From: a virus
Strand: one strand, 5' to 3'
UHGV virus genome: UHGV-0323875
DNA length: 33,005 bases
A model generated the notes under the pieces. It saw only the letters and a program-made list of their open reading frames with translations. It was not told the DNA's origin and ran no database searches. Within the stretch, counting starts at the first letter, position 1; each line of letters starts with the position of its first letter. Shown piece by piece: positions 17,979-27,410 of the stretch. A program made the translations under genes and the position numbers.

Positions 17979-19219
17979 TGTTCTTTTCGGGATTATTTCA
18001 ACGAAAAAGTGACGCGCCGGTGACCACCCCAGCAGAGCTGGCGGATGCTATAGGGCTGTCATATGACACCTATACCGGAAAGCAGATCAGCAGCCAGCGG
18101 GCCATGCGACTGACGGCGGTTTTTTCCTGCGTCAGGGTGCTGGCAGAGTCGGTCGGGATGTTGCCCTGCAATCTGTATCACCTGAACGGCAGCCTGAAAC
18201 AGAGAGCCACCGGCGAACGTCTGCATAAGCTGATCTCCACGCATCCCAATAGCTATATGACGCCGCAGGAGTTCTGGGAGCTGGTGGTCACCTGTCTGTG
18301 CCTGCGGGGAAACTTTTACGCCTACAAAGTGAAAGCATTTGGCGAAGTGGCTGAACTGCTGCCCGTCGATCCTGGCTGTGTGGTACCGAAGCTTAACAGT
18401 AGCTGGGAGCCGGTCTATCAGGTCACATTCCCGGACGGCTCCACGGATGTGCTGACCCAGGAGGATATCTGGCATGTGCGCACGCTGACGCTGGACGGTC
18501 TGGTGGGGCTGAATCCCATCGCCTATGCCCGCGAGGCAATATCGCTGGCAGCTGCGACCGAAGAGCACGGGGCCAGACTGTTCAGCAATGGTGCGGTGAC
18601 GTCGGGTGTGTTGCGTACAGAGCAGACGCTGTCAGATCAGGCTTACGAGCGCCTGAAGAAAGATTTTGAGGAGCGTCACACCGGGCTTGGTAATGCTCAC
18701 CGCCCGATGATCCTTGAGATGGGGCTGGACTGGAAGTCGATGGCGCTGAACGCCGAGGACAGCCAGTTCCTGGAAACCCGCAAGTTTCAGCTTGAAGAAA
18801 TTTGTCGTCTGTTCCGTGTGCCATTGCACATGGTGCAGAACACCGATCGCGCCACCTTCAACAATATCGAAGAGCTGGGGCTCGGATTTATCAACTATTC
18901 ACTGGTGCCGTATCTGACCCGCATTGAGCAGCGGATCAACACCGGACTGGTACGAAAAAGTAAGCAGGGTGTTTATTACGCCAAATTTAACGCCGGGGCG
19001 TTACTGCGCGGGGATATGAAGTCCCGTTTTGAAGCCTACGCCACCGGGATTAACTGGGGAATTTACTCTCCCAATGACTGCCGCGACCTGGAAGATATGA
19101 ATCCGCGTCCCGGTGGTGATGTCTATCTCACACCGATGAACATGACCACGAAACCCTCCGATGGCAGTAAAGCCGGTAAGCAGAAGGATAACGCCAATGC
19201 AGACGAAACAACGTCTTGA
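17978..19219 (+). CDS. Portal protein (HK97 family)
   Basis: 413 aa; position between terminase and prohead protease. Confidence 0.75.
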   Translation: MFFSGLFQRKSDAPVTTPAELADAIGLSYDTYTGKQISSQRAMRLTAVFSCVRVLAESVGMLPCNLYHLNGSLKQRATGERLHKLISTHPNSYMTPQEFWELVVTCLCLRGNFYAYKVKAFGEVAELLPVDPGCVVPKLNSSWEPVYQVTFPDGSTDVLTQEDIWHVRTLTLDGLVGLNPIAYAREAISLAAATEEHGARLFSNGAVTSGVLRTEQTLSDQAYERLKKDFEERHTGLGNAHRPMILEMGLDWKSMALNAEDSQFLETRKFQLEEICRLFRVPLHMVQNTDRATFNNIEELGLGFINYSLVPYLTRIEQRINTGLVRKSKQGVYYAKFNAGALLRGDMKSRFEAYATGINWGIYSPNDCRDLEDMNPRPGGDVYLTPMNMTTKPSDGSKAGKQKDNANADETTS

Positions 19220-19847
19220 TGTACCGCTGAGTCTGAAATCTGTCAGTGACTCCGGTGAGTTTGAAGGATATGGCTCCGTCTTTGGTGTAAAGGACAGTCA
19301 CGATGATGTGGTGATGTCCGGGGCATTTGCTGCGTCCCTGCGGGCGTGGAGTGACAGAAAAGCGTTACCTGCGCTGCTCTGGCAGCACCGCATGGATGAG
19401 CCCATCGGTGTTTACACCGAAATGAAGGAAGACGATGTCGGGCTTTACGTCAGAGGGCGGTTGCTCATTGATGATGATCCCCTGGCAAAACGCGCACATG
19501 CACACATGAAGGCCGGTTCGTTAACCGGCCTTTCTATTGGGTACGTCCTGAAGGACTGGGAATACGACCGGACGAAAGAAGCCTTTCTGCTGAAAGAAAT
19601 CGACCTCTGGGAAGTCAGTCTGGTGACGTTTCCGTCTAACGACGAGGCGCGGATCAGCGACGTCAAGAACGCACTGGCCCGCGGGGAAATCCCCGAACAG
19701 AAAAAAATCGAAAGAGTCCTGCGTGATGTCGGACTCTCCCGTACCCAGGCCAAAGCATTCATGGCCGGGGGCTATGGCGCACTGTCCCTGCGCGACGCTG
19801 AGGATGTGGGCTCTGCACTGAATGCACTGAAAAATCTGAACTTCTAA
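19197..19847 (+). CDS. Prohead maturation protease (HK97 family)
   Basis: Follows the portal gene; AAGGA RBS; size about 216 aa. Confidence 0.7.
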   Translation: MQTKQRLDVPLSLKSVSDSGEFEGYGSVFGVKDSHDDVVMSGAFAASLRAWSDRKALPALLWQHRMDEPIGVYTEMKEDDVGLYVRGRLLIDDDPLAKRAHAHMKAGSLTGLSIGYVLKDWEYDRTKEAFLLKEIDLWEVSLVTFPSNDEARISDVKNALARGEIPEQKKIERVLRDVGLSRTQAKAFMAGGYGALSLRDAEDVGSALNALKNLNF

Positions 19848-19861
19848 TCAGGAGAAATACG

Positions 19862-21067
19862 ATGGCGGTTGATATTAAAGATGTCGAACAGGTCGCGCAG
19901 GAGCTGCAGCAGAAGTTTGACGACTTCAAAGCAAAGAACGACAAGCGCGTGGATGCGATTGAGCAGGAAAAAGGCAAACTTGCCGGGCAGGTGGAAACCC
20001 TGAACGGGAAACTCAGCGAGCTGGAAAACCTCAAAAGCGATCTTGAAAAAGAGCTGCTTGAGCTGAAACGTCCGGCAGGTGGTGCGCAAAATAAACTGGC
20101 CACCGAGCATAAAGAAGCGTTTGTGGGCTTCCTGCGTAAAGGCCGTGAAGATGGCCTGCGCGATCTGGAGCGCAAGGCATTACAGGTGGGCACCGATGAA
20201 GACGGCGGCTATGCCGTGCCGGAAGCACTGGATCGCAACATTCTCACCCTGCTGAAAGATGAAGTGGTGATGCGCCAGGAAGCCACGGTGATCACCGTTG
20301 GTGGTTCCGACTACAAAAAACTGGTGAATCTGGGCGGCACGGCTTCCGGATGGGTTGGCGAGACTGACGCGCGCTCCCAGACTGCCACCTCAAAACTGGG
20401 CCTGATTGAACCTTTCATGGGGGAAATCTACGGTAACCCGCAGGCCACCCAGAAAATGCTGGATGATGCCTTTTTCAACGTGGAAGCATGGATCAACAGC
20501 GAGCTGGCAACCGAATTTGCCGAACAGGAAGAAATTGCCTTTACCACCGGCGATGGTACCAAGAAGCCGAAAGGGTTCCTGGCGTATGAATCCACTGATG
20601 AAACCGATAAGGTCCGGGCGTTCGGCAAACTTCAGCATATTGTATCCGGCGAAGCGACGGGGGTGACCGCAGACGCCATTATCAAACTGATTTACACGCT
20701 GCGAAAGGCACACCGCACTGGCGCGAAGTTCATGATGAACAACAACAGCCTGTTTGCCATCCGTCTGCTTAAAGACAGCGAGGGTAACTATCTGTGGCGT
20801 CCGGGGCTGGAACTGGGACAGCCGTCCTCTCTGGCGGGTTACGGTATCGCTGAAAACGAACAGATGCCGGATATCGCCGCTGATGCGAAAGCCATTGCAT
20901 TTGGTAACTTCAAACGGGGTTACACCATCGTTGACCGTATCGGCACCCGCATTCTGCGTGACCCGTACACCAATAAACCGTTTGTCGGTTTTTATACCAC
21001 CAAGCGCACCGGCGGGATGCTGGTCGATTCGCAGGCCATCAAACTGCTGAAGATTGCAGCGGCGTAA
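19862..21067 (+). CDS. Major capsid protein (HK97 fold) with an N-terminal coiled-coil delta domain
   Basis: 401 aa; N-terminal coiled coil followed by a capsid-like body; followed by a stem-loop. Confidence 0.8.
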   Translation: MAVDIKDVEQVAQELQQKFDDFKAKNDKRVDAIEQEKGKLAGQVETLNGKLSELENLKSDLEKELLELKRPAGGAQNKLATEHKEAFVGFLRKGREDGLRDLERKALQVGTDEDGGYAVPEALDRNILTLLKDEVVMRQEATVITVGGSDYKKLVNLGGTASGWVGETDARSQTATSKLGLIEPFMGEIYGNPQATQKMLDDAFFNVEAWINSELATEFAEQEEIAFTTGDGTKKPKGFLAYESTDETDKVRAFGKLQHIVSGEATGVTADAIIKLIYTLRKAHRTGAKFMMNNNSLFAIRLLKDSEGNYLWRPGLELGQPSSLAGYGIAENEQMPDIAADAKAIAFGNFKRGYTIVDRIGTRILRDPYTNKPFVGFYTTKRTGGMLVDSQAIKLLKIAAA

Positions 21068-21074
21068 TCACTCA

Positions 21075-21094
21075 GGGGCGCGGAACCGCGCCCC
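21075..21094 (+). other. GC-rich stem-loop (GGGGCGCG-GAAC-CGCGCCCC) immediately after the capsid gene; possible attenuator or RNA-stability element
   Basis: Perfect 8 bp stem; no strong T-tract. Confidence 0.45.
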
Positions 21095-21116
21095 CTGTTC
21101 TGACGGGTGAAGAATC

Positions 21117-21317
21117 ATGATCCTGAAACAAGATCTGAAATGGTCACCGGACGGTATGCGTGTTGAGGTCATTCAGGCCGGTGAGTATGACGACGGGGCG
21201 CTTCCTGCCCGGGTGCAGGAGATTGCACTTCAGGCCGGGTTAGCAGAGCGCGGAATCAGTGCAAAAAGCAGTAAAGCGGCAAAAGAGAAAAAAGCCACGA
21301 CCAGTAAAGAGGGATGA
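21117..21317 (+). CDS. Small hypothetical head-module protein
   Basis: 66 aa ORF between the capsid and connector genes. Confidence 0.35.
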   Translation: MILKQDLKWSPDGMRVEVIQAGEYDDGALPARVQEIALQAGLAERGISAKSSKAAKEKKATTSKEG

Positions 21318-21643
21318 GTATGCTTCTGACAATGGAAGAGATTAAAGCCCAACTCCGGCTGGATGAGGATTTCGATACTGATGACCGCCATCTGCAACTG
21401 CTGGCATGTGCGGCACAAAAGCGGACGGAAACGTATCTGAACCGGAAGCTCTATGCACCGGATGAAACCATTCCGGACAGCGATCCGGACGGGCTGCACC
21501 TGCCGGATGATATTCGTCTGGGGATGCTGATGCTTATCAGCCATTTTTACGAAAACCGCTCGTCGGTTACGGAAGTGGAGAAACTCGACATGCCGCAGAG
21601 TTTTGGCTGGCTTGTCGGCCCGTACAGGTACTTTCCTCAATGA
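21314..21643 (+). CDS. Head-tail connector protein (gp6-like)
   Basis: About 109 aa; conserved position after the capsid gene. Confidence 0.5.
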   Translation: MSMLLTMEEIKAQLRLDEDFDTDDRHLQLLACAAQKRTETYLNRKLYAPDETIPDSDPDGLHLPDDIRLGMLMLISHFYENRSSVTEVEKLDMPQSFGWLVGPYRYFPQ

Positions 21644-22050
21644 AAATTCGTCAGGCGCAGACCAGCGCAACCTACATTCTGCCGGACCCCGGTGAACTGA
21701 ATAAACGCGTCCTGATCCGCCTGCGGGTGGATATGCCCGCGGATAACTTTGGCGTGGAGCCTCAATACCCGGTTACGTTCCGGACATGGGCGAAGGTTAT
21801 CCAGACCAGTGCCACCACCTGGCAGGAAACCGCGCAGACCGGGGACGCCATCACCCATTACATCACCATTCGTTACCGCCGGGGGATCACCGCTGATTAT
21901 GAGGTGGTCTGCGGTGACAGTGTGTACCGGGTGAAACGTCAGCGCGATCTGAACGGGGCGCGGCGCTTTCTGCTGCTGGAGTGTACGGAGCTGGGCGAAT
22001 GTAGGCAGAGTCACGGAGGCAACAATGACGACTTCCTTTTTACACGTTGA
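21640..22050 (+). CDS. Head closure / head-tail joining protein
   Basis: Position and size. Confidence 0.45.
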   Translation: MKIRQAQTSATYILPDPGELNKRVLIRLRVDMPADNFGVEPQYPVTFRTWAKVIQTSATTWQETAQTGDAITHYITIRYRRGITADYEVVCGDSVYRVKRQRDLNGARRFLLLECTELGECRQSHGGNNDDFLFTR

Positions 22051-22531
22051 TTTTCAGCAGCCCGCGGAGATGCGCTTTAACCGCGCCCGTGTCCGGCGGG
22101 CGTTTGTCACGATTGGTCAGCGTCATATGCGTGATGCCCGTCGGCTGGTGATGCGCCGTGCGCGGTCGGCACCGGGTGAAAACCCCGGTTATCAGACCGG
22201 ACGCCTGGCTCGTTCGATTGGTTACATGGTGCCGAGAGCCAGTAAAAAGCGAGCCGGTTTTATGACACGCATTGCCCCTAACCAGCGCAACGGGAAGGGG
22301 AACCGGATGATCTCTGGTGACTTCTATCCGGCGTTTCTGTTTTTTGGTGTCCGGGGAGGAGCAAAACGTCGTCGTAGTCATCATCGTGGTGCATCCGGTG
22401 GCAGCGGCTGGCGACTGGCTCCACGTAATAACTTCATGGTGGAAACGCTTGAAAAGAACCGCAGCTGGACACGCTATTTTCTGGCGCGGGAATTGCGTAA
22501 ATCACTGAAGCCGGAGCGACGACACAGATGA
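22025..22531 (+). CDS. HK97 gp10-like tail-attachment protein (putative)
   Basis: Basic protein of about 168 aa in the conserved position. Confidence 0.4.
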   Translation: MTTSFLHVDFQQPAEMRFNRARVRRAFVTIGQRHMRDARRLVMRRARSAPGENPGYQTGRLARSIGYMVPRASKKRAGFMTRIAPNQRNGKGNRMISGDFYPAFLFFGVRGGAKRRRSHHRGASGGSGWRLAPRNNFMVETLEKNRSWTRYFLARELRKSLKPERRHR

Positions 22532-23088
22532 AACTGACGCCTGTTATTGCTGCACTGCGTGCCCGCTGTCCGTATTTTGAAAACCGGGTGGCAGGCGCGG
22601 CCCAGTTCAAAAATCTGCCGGAGGTCGGAAAGCTGAGACTCCCGGCGGCGTATGTGGTACCGGGTGATGACTCTCCGGGAGAAAACAAAAGCCAGACCGA
22701 CTACTGGCAGGAGCTGAAAGAGGGCTTCTCCGTGGTTGTCATACTGAGTAACGGGCGTGATGAGCGCGGTCAGTTTGCCTCGTATGATGTGGTGGACGAT
22801 GTCCGGCAGATGCTCTTTAAGGCTCTGCTGGGCTGGAACCCGGAGGCGTGCGGTAACCCGATTACCTATGACGGCGGCACGCTGCTGGATCTGAATCGTC
22901 ATGAGCTGATTTATCAGTTCGATTTTTCGGTCATCAGCGAGCTGACTGAAGACGATACCCGCCAGCAGGATGATCTGAACAGTCTGGATGAACTGCAAAC
23001 GCTGGCGATTGATGTTGATTATCTCGAGCCCGGTAACGGGCCTGACGGCGATATCGAACATCACACCGAAATAACCCTTCCTTCCTGA
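22528..23088 (+). CDS. Tail terminator / virion morphogenesis protein (putative)
   Basis: Position just before the sheath gene. Confidence 0.4.
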   Translation: MKLTPVIAALRARCPYFENRVAGAAQFKNLPEVGKLRLPAAYVVPGDDSPGENKSQTDYWQELKEGFSVVVILSNGRDERGQFASYDVVDDVRQMLFKALLGWNPEACGNPITYDGGTLLDLNRHELIYQFDFSVISELTEDDTRQQDDLNSLDELQTLAIDVDYLEPGNGPDGDIEHHTEITLPS

Positions 23089-23096
23089 GGATCCTC

Positions 23097-23267
23097 ATGT
23101 TTGTCAAACCTGTTAAAGGGCGGTCAGTTCCTGACCCTGCCCGCGGCGACCTTTTGCCCGCCGAAGGGCGAAATGTTGACGAGAACAACTACTGGCTGCG
23201 CCGTGAAGCAGCGGGTGATATCCGGCGCGTGAATAAAAAGGTGAATACCGATGACGATAAGCTTTAA
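23097..23267 (+). CDS. Small conserved tail-module protein (DUF2635-like), 56 aa
   Basis: ATG at 23097 with a GAGGA RBS; MFVKPVKGRSVPDPARGDLLPAEGRNVDENNYW; below the ORF-track cut-off. Confidence 0.45.
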   Translation: MFVKPVKGRSVPDPARGDLLPAEGRNVDENNYWLRREAAGDIRRVNKKVNTDDDKL

Positions 23268-24747
23268 CACCATTCCGTCGAATACGCTGGTTCCGTTGTT
23301 TTATGCGGAAATGGATAACCAGGCGGCGAATACTGCACAGGACAGCGGAGCATCGCTGCTGATTGGTCATGCCAATAACGGTGCAGAGATTGTTGCCAAC
23401 AGTCTGGTACTGATGCCGTCGGCAGACTATGCACGCCAGATTTGTGGTGCGGGAAGTCAGCTGGCGCGTATGGTCGAGGCTTATCGCCAGACTGACCCGT
23501 TTGGCGAGCTGTATGTGATTGCCGTTCCTGAATCCACAGGCGCGGCGGCAACGGTTACGCTGACGGTGACCGGGGCGGCAACCGAAACCGGCACGGTGAA
23601 TGTGTATGTGGGACGTACCCGCGTGCAGGCACCGGTGACTAACGGCGATAACGTCACGATGATTGCCAGCAGTATCCAGGATGCCATCAATGCCGTTCCG
23701 GCCCTGCCGTTTACGGCTTCATCTTCGGCAGGCGTGGTTACACTGACCGCGCGTCATAAGGGGCTTTGCGGGAATGAAATTCCTGTCAGCCTCAATTACT
23801 ACGGCTTTGGTGGGGGCGAAGTGCTGCCAGCGGGCGTACAGATTGCCGTGGCGACGGGTACCGCCGGAACGGGTGCTCCGGTTCTCACCGGCGCGGTGGC
23901 TGCAATGGCGGATGAGCCGTTTGATTATATCGGCCTGCCGTTCAACGACACGGCCTCCGTTAACACGCTGGTGACCGAGATGAACGATACCAGCGGTCGC
24001 TGGAGCTATGCGCGTCAGCTGTATGGTCATGTGTATACGGCAAAGATCGGCACGCTGTCAGAACTGGTGACCGCAGGTGACCAGTTTAACCAGCAGCACA
24101 TTACCCTGGCGGGGTACGAAAAAGACACCCAGACGCCTGCCGACGAGCTGGCGGCAAGCCGTACCGCCCGCGCAGCGGTGTTTATCCGCAACGATCCGGC
24201 ACGTCCCACGCAGACCGGTGAGCTGGTGGGTATGCTGCCTGCGCCGAAGGGGAAACGGTTCACGATGACCGAACAACAGACCCTGCTGTCTCATGGCGTG
24301 GCAACGGCGTATGTCGAAAGCGGGGTACTGCGCATTCAGCGTGATGTCACCACGTACAGGAAAAACGCTTACGGGGTTGCGGATAACAGCTACCTCGACA
24401 GCGAGACGCTGCATAGCAGTGCGTATGTACTGCGCAAACTGAAATCCGTCATTACCAGTAAGTACGGGCGTCACAAGCTTGCCAGCGACGGTACCCGCTT
24501 TGGTCCCGGTCAGGCGATTGTCACCCCGGCGGTGATCAAAGGGGAACTGCTGGCAACCTACCGTCAGCTTGAGCGTGCGGGGATCGTGGAAAACTACGAA
24601 CTGTTTAAGCAGTACCTGGTTGTGGAGCGTGATGCCAGCGATCCGAACCGCCTGAACACGCTGTTCCCGCCTGACTATGTTAACCAGTTGCGTGTCTTTG
24701 CCGTGGTTAACCAGTTCCGTCTTCAGTATTCAGAGGAGTCTGCATAA
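23251..24747 (+). CDS. Tail sheath protein (Mu gpL-like)
   Basis: 498 aa; followed by tube, chaperone and tape-measure genes. Confidence 0.75.
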   Translation: MTISFNTIPSNTLVPLFYAEMDNQAANTAQDSGASLLIGHANNGAEIVANSLVLMPSADYARQICGAGSQLARMVEAYRQTDPFGELYVIAVPESTGAAATVTLTVTGAATETGTVNVYVGRTRVQAPVTNGDNVTMIASSIQDAINAVPALPFTASSSAGVVTLTARHKGLCGNEIPVSLNYYGFGGGEVLPAGVQIAVATGTAGTGAPVLTGAVAAMADEPFDYIGLPFNDTASVNTLVTEMNDTSGRWSYARQLYGHVYTAKIGTLSELVTAGDQFNQQHITLAGYEKDTQTPADELAASRTARAAVFIRNDPARPTQTGELVGMLPAPKGKRFTMTEQQTLLSHGVATAYVESGVLRIQRDVTTYRKNAYGVADNSYLDSETLHSSAYVLRKLKSVITSKYGRHKLASDGTRFGPGQAIVTPAVIKGELLATYRQLERAGIVENYELFKQYLVVERDASDPNRLNTLFPPDYVNQLRVFAVVNQFRLQYSEESA

Positions 24748-25103
24748 TGGCCCGTATCGGGGGAACCTGTTATTTCAAAATTGACGGTCAGCAGCTATCG
24801 CTGACCGGCGGCATTGAGGTGCCCATGAACAGGACGGTCAATGATGACATCATCGGCCTGGACGGTTCAGTGGACCGCAAGGAAACTCACCGTGCGCCTT
24901 ATGTTAAAGGGACCTTCAAGGTGCCGAAGAATTTTCCGGTGAGCAAAATCACCTCGTCTGATGAGATGACCATCACTGCCGAGCTGGCGAACGGTCAGGT
25001 CTATGTACTGTCGTCTGCCTGGCTGCACGGCGAAGCGAACCATAATGCCGAAGAAGGGACGGTTGATCTTGAGTTCCACGGTGAAGAAGGGGATTACCAG
25101 TAA
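24747..25103 (+). CDS. Tail tube protein (Mu gpM-like)
   Basis: 118 aa; directly after the sheath gene. Confidence 0.65.
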   Translation: MARIGGTCYFKIDGQQLSLTGGIEVPMNRTVNDDIIGLDGSVDRKETHRAPYVKGTFKVPKNFPVSKITSSDEMTITAELANGQVYVLSSAWLHGEANHNAEEGTVDLEFHGEEGDYQ

Positions 25104-25372
25104 TGAAAGAGCTTGAGTTAAAGAAACCGATTACTGCTCATGGCGAGACACTCTCCGTACTGGAGTTTGATGAGCCCACCGGGAAAGATGTCCGCGAGCT
25201 GGGGTATCCCTACCAGATGAATCAGGATGAGTCCGTCAGACTTCTGGCGCATGTGGTATCGAAATACATTGTGCGGCTGGCGAAAGTGCCGCAAAACTCT
25301 GTCGACCAGATGTCTCCGGCAGACCTGAATGCTGCGGCGTGGCTTGTGGCTGGTTTTTTCCTCCAGGCCTGA
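25103..25372 (+). CDS. Tail assembly chaperone; a -1 frameshift would extend the product to 25521
   Basis: Conserved position before the tape-measure gene; slippery heptamer at the 3' end; ORF 25339..25521 lies in the -1 frame. Confidence 0.65.
   Translation: MKELELKKPITAHGETLSVLEFDEPTGKDVRELGYPYQMNQDESVRLLAHVVSKYIVRLAKVPQNSVDQMSPADLNAAAWLVAGFFLQA
25354..25360 (+). promoter_or_regulatory. Putative -1 programmed ribosomal frameshift site T_TTT_TTC
   Basis: X_XXY_YYZ heptamer in the zero frame of the chaperone gene, five codons before its stop. Confidence 0.6.
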
Positions 25373-25513
25373 CGGCTGAATACCTCACTGATCGCTTCTT
25401 TGACTGCGCCAGCTACTGGCGCATTAATCCCTTCGAATTGCTGAATATGCCGATCAGTGAAATTCCCTTGCTGGTCAGTCAGGCAAACAGGATAGAGCAG
25501 GAGAAACGCACAC

Positions 25514-27349
25514 ATGGCTGAATTTGAGCTTAAGGCGTTGATCACCGGTGTCGACAGACTTTCTCCCGCGCTGTCGAAAATGCAAAAGAAAATCCGGGGA
25601 TTTAAACGCCAGGCGGAAGAAGCATCACAGGGTGGGCTGGCGCTTGGTGGCGGACTGGCAGCGGGTCTGACGCTTTCCCTGAAATCTTATGCCGATCAGG
25701 AAAACGCCGCCACCGGGCTGAAAGTCGCCATGATGGATGCGAACGGCGAGGTCGGAAAGAGCTTTCAGGACATCAATAAACTGGCTATTGGCCTGGGTAA
25801 CCAGCTACCCGGTACAACGGCTGATTTCCAGAACATGATGCAGATGCTGGTGCGTCAGGGGATCCCGGCAGAAAACATTCTTGGTGGTGTGGGTAAAGCG
25901 ACAGCTTATCTTGCGGTACAACTGAAAAAAACACCGGAAGCGGCTGCTGAGTTTGCTGCAAAGATGCAGGATGCTACCGGAACGGCGTCAGAAGACATGA
26001 TGGGGCTGTTCGACACTATCCAGAAGGCGTTTTATCTGGGCGTTGACGATACCAACATGTTGTCCTTCTTCACTAAAACCAGTTCTGTTCTGAAGATGGT
26101 GAACAAGGACGGTCTTCAGGCTGCACAGAGCCTTGCCCCTATCAGCGTCATGATGGATCAGATGGGGATGAACGGGGAGTCGGCAGGTAATGCCCTGCGA
26201 AAAGTTATCCAGTCCGGATTAAGCGTTAAGAAAATCAGGGACGTCAATAAAGTCATGGCCCGCCAGAAACTCGGAGTGCAGCTCGATTTTACTGACGGCA
26301 AAGGGAGTTTTGGCGGTCTTGATAACATGTTCAGGCAACTGGCAAAGCTGCGAAAACTGACCGACGTTAAGCGAACAGGTGTACTTAAGGCAATATTTGG
26401 TGATGATGCCGAAACCCTTCAGGTGGTCAATGCTCTGATCGATAAAGGAAAGGATGGTTACGATCAGATCCAGCAGAAGATGAATAAACAGGCCAGCCTG
26501 AATAAACGTGTTCAGGCACAGCTTGGTACGCTGTCCAACCTGTGGGAGGCAATGACGGGGACCGCAACTAACGGTCTTGCAGCTATTGGCGGCGCATTTT
26601 CTGGTGACGCTAAAAATATCACGCAATGGCTGGGGGAGTTGGGGGAAAAATTCACGAAGTTTGCGGATGAAAATCCCCGGGTTATTCGCGGCGTCGTCGG
26701 GCTTGCTGCCGGTCTTGCGATTCTGAAACTGGGATTGATGGGCGTGGGCAGTGCCATCAGTATCGTCAGCAGGATCATGTCGATGACGCCGATTGGCATG
26801 ATTGCGACGGCGATTGCCCTGGCTGCGGGATTAATTATCACTAACTGGGATGTTGTCGGACCTTATTTTAAGAAACTCTGGGAAACCATTAGTCCTTATT
26901 TTGAGGCTGGCTGGGAACTTCTGAAGAAGGTTTTTGCCTGGTCGCCGCTGGGGATGGTGATCAATAACTGGGGACCGGTTGTTAAGTGGTTTCAGCATAT
27001 GTGGGATAAGCTGAAGCCGATTATTGAATGGTTTACCGACAGTTCCGGTGACACGGTCGATGCCATTAACTCGGCGCAGTGGGGCGCGGGTGCTTATGAT
27101 GCTTATGGGACGGGAATACCGGCACGGGGATACACTCCTTATCCGGCGGTGGATCCGGCTCAGGCAAACAACGCCTCCGATGCCACAGGCTCGAATCCCT
27201 TCATGATTAACAAAGCTTCTGCGCCAAAAGTTGATGGTGAGATCAAGGTCTCTTTTGTGAATTCGCCTCCGGGTATGCGGGTTATGGAAACGCGATCCAG
27301 CGGTTTTGATGTCAGCCATGATGTTGGCTATACGCGCTTTGGCAGGTAA
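25514..27349 (+). CDS. Tail tape measure protein
   Basis: 611 aa, Ala/Gly-rich with central hydrophobic segments; conserved position. Confidence 0.75.
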   Translation: MAEFELKALITGVDRLSPALSKMQKKIRGFKRQAEEASQGGLALGGGLAAGLTLSLKSYADQENAATGLKVAMMDANGEVGKSFQDINKLAIGLGNQLPGTTADFQNMMQMLVRQGIPAENILGGVGKATAYLAVQLKKTPEAAAEFAAKMQDATGTASEDMMGLFDTIQKAFYLGVDDTNMLSFFTKTSSVLKMVNKDGLQAAQSLAPISVMMDQMGMNGESAGNALRKVIQSGLSVKKIRDVNKVMARQKLGVQLDFTDGKGSFGGLDNMFRQLAKLRKLTDVKRTGVLKAIFGDDAETLQVVNALIDKGKDGYDQIQQKMNKQASLNKRVQAQLGTLSNLWEAMTGTATNGLAAIGGAFSGDAKNITQWLGELGEKFTKFADENPRVIRGVVGLAAGLAILKLGLMGVGSAISIVSRIMSMTPIGMIATAIALAAGLIITNWDVVGPYFKKLWETISPYFEAGWELLKKVFAWSPLGMVINNWGPVVKWFQHMWDKLKPIIEWFTDSSGDTVDAINSAQWGAGAYDAYGTGIPARGYTPYPAVDPAQANNASDATGSNPFMINKASAPKVDGEIKVSFVNSPPGMRVMETRSSGFDVSHDVGYTRFGR

Positions 27350-27410
27350 TGAAAAATTAATCTGTTAATGAGTCCCACTCCGGTGGGATTTTTTATGTAC
27401 GGAGTTTATA

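Noticed and set aside
18059-18568. 169 aa minus-strand ORF inside the portal gene, and similar antisense ORFs inside capsid, sheath, tape-measure, endolysin, Q and other genes
   Set aside because: Antisense shadow ORFs in GC-rich genes; their composition is not protein-like and the sense-strand genes have clear homology signatures.
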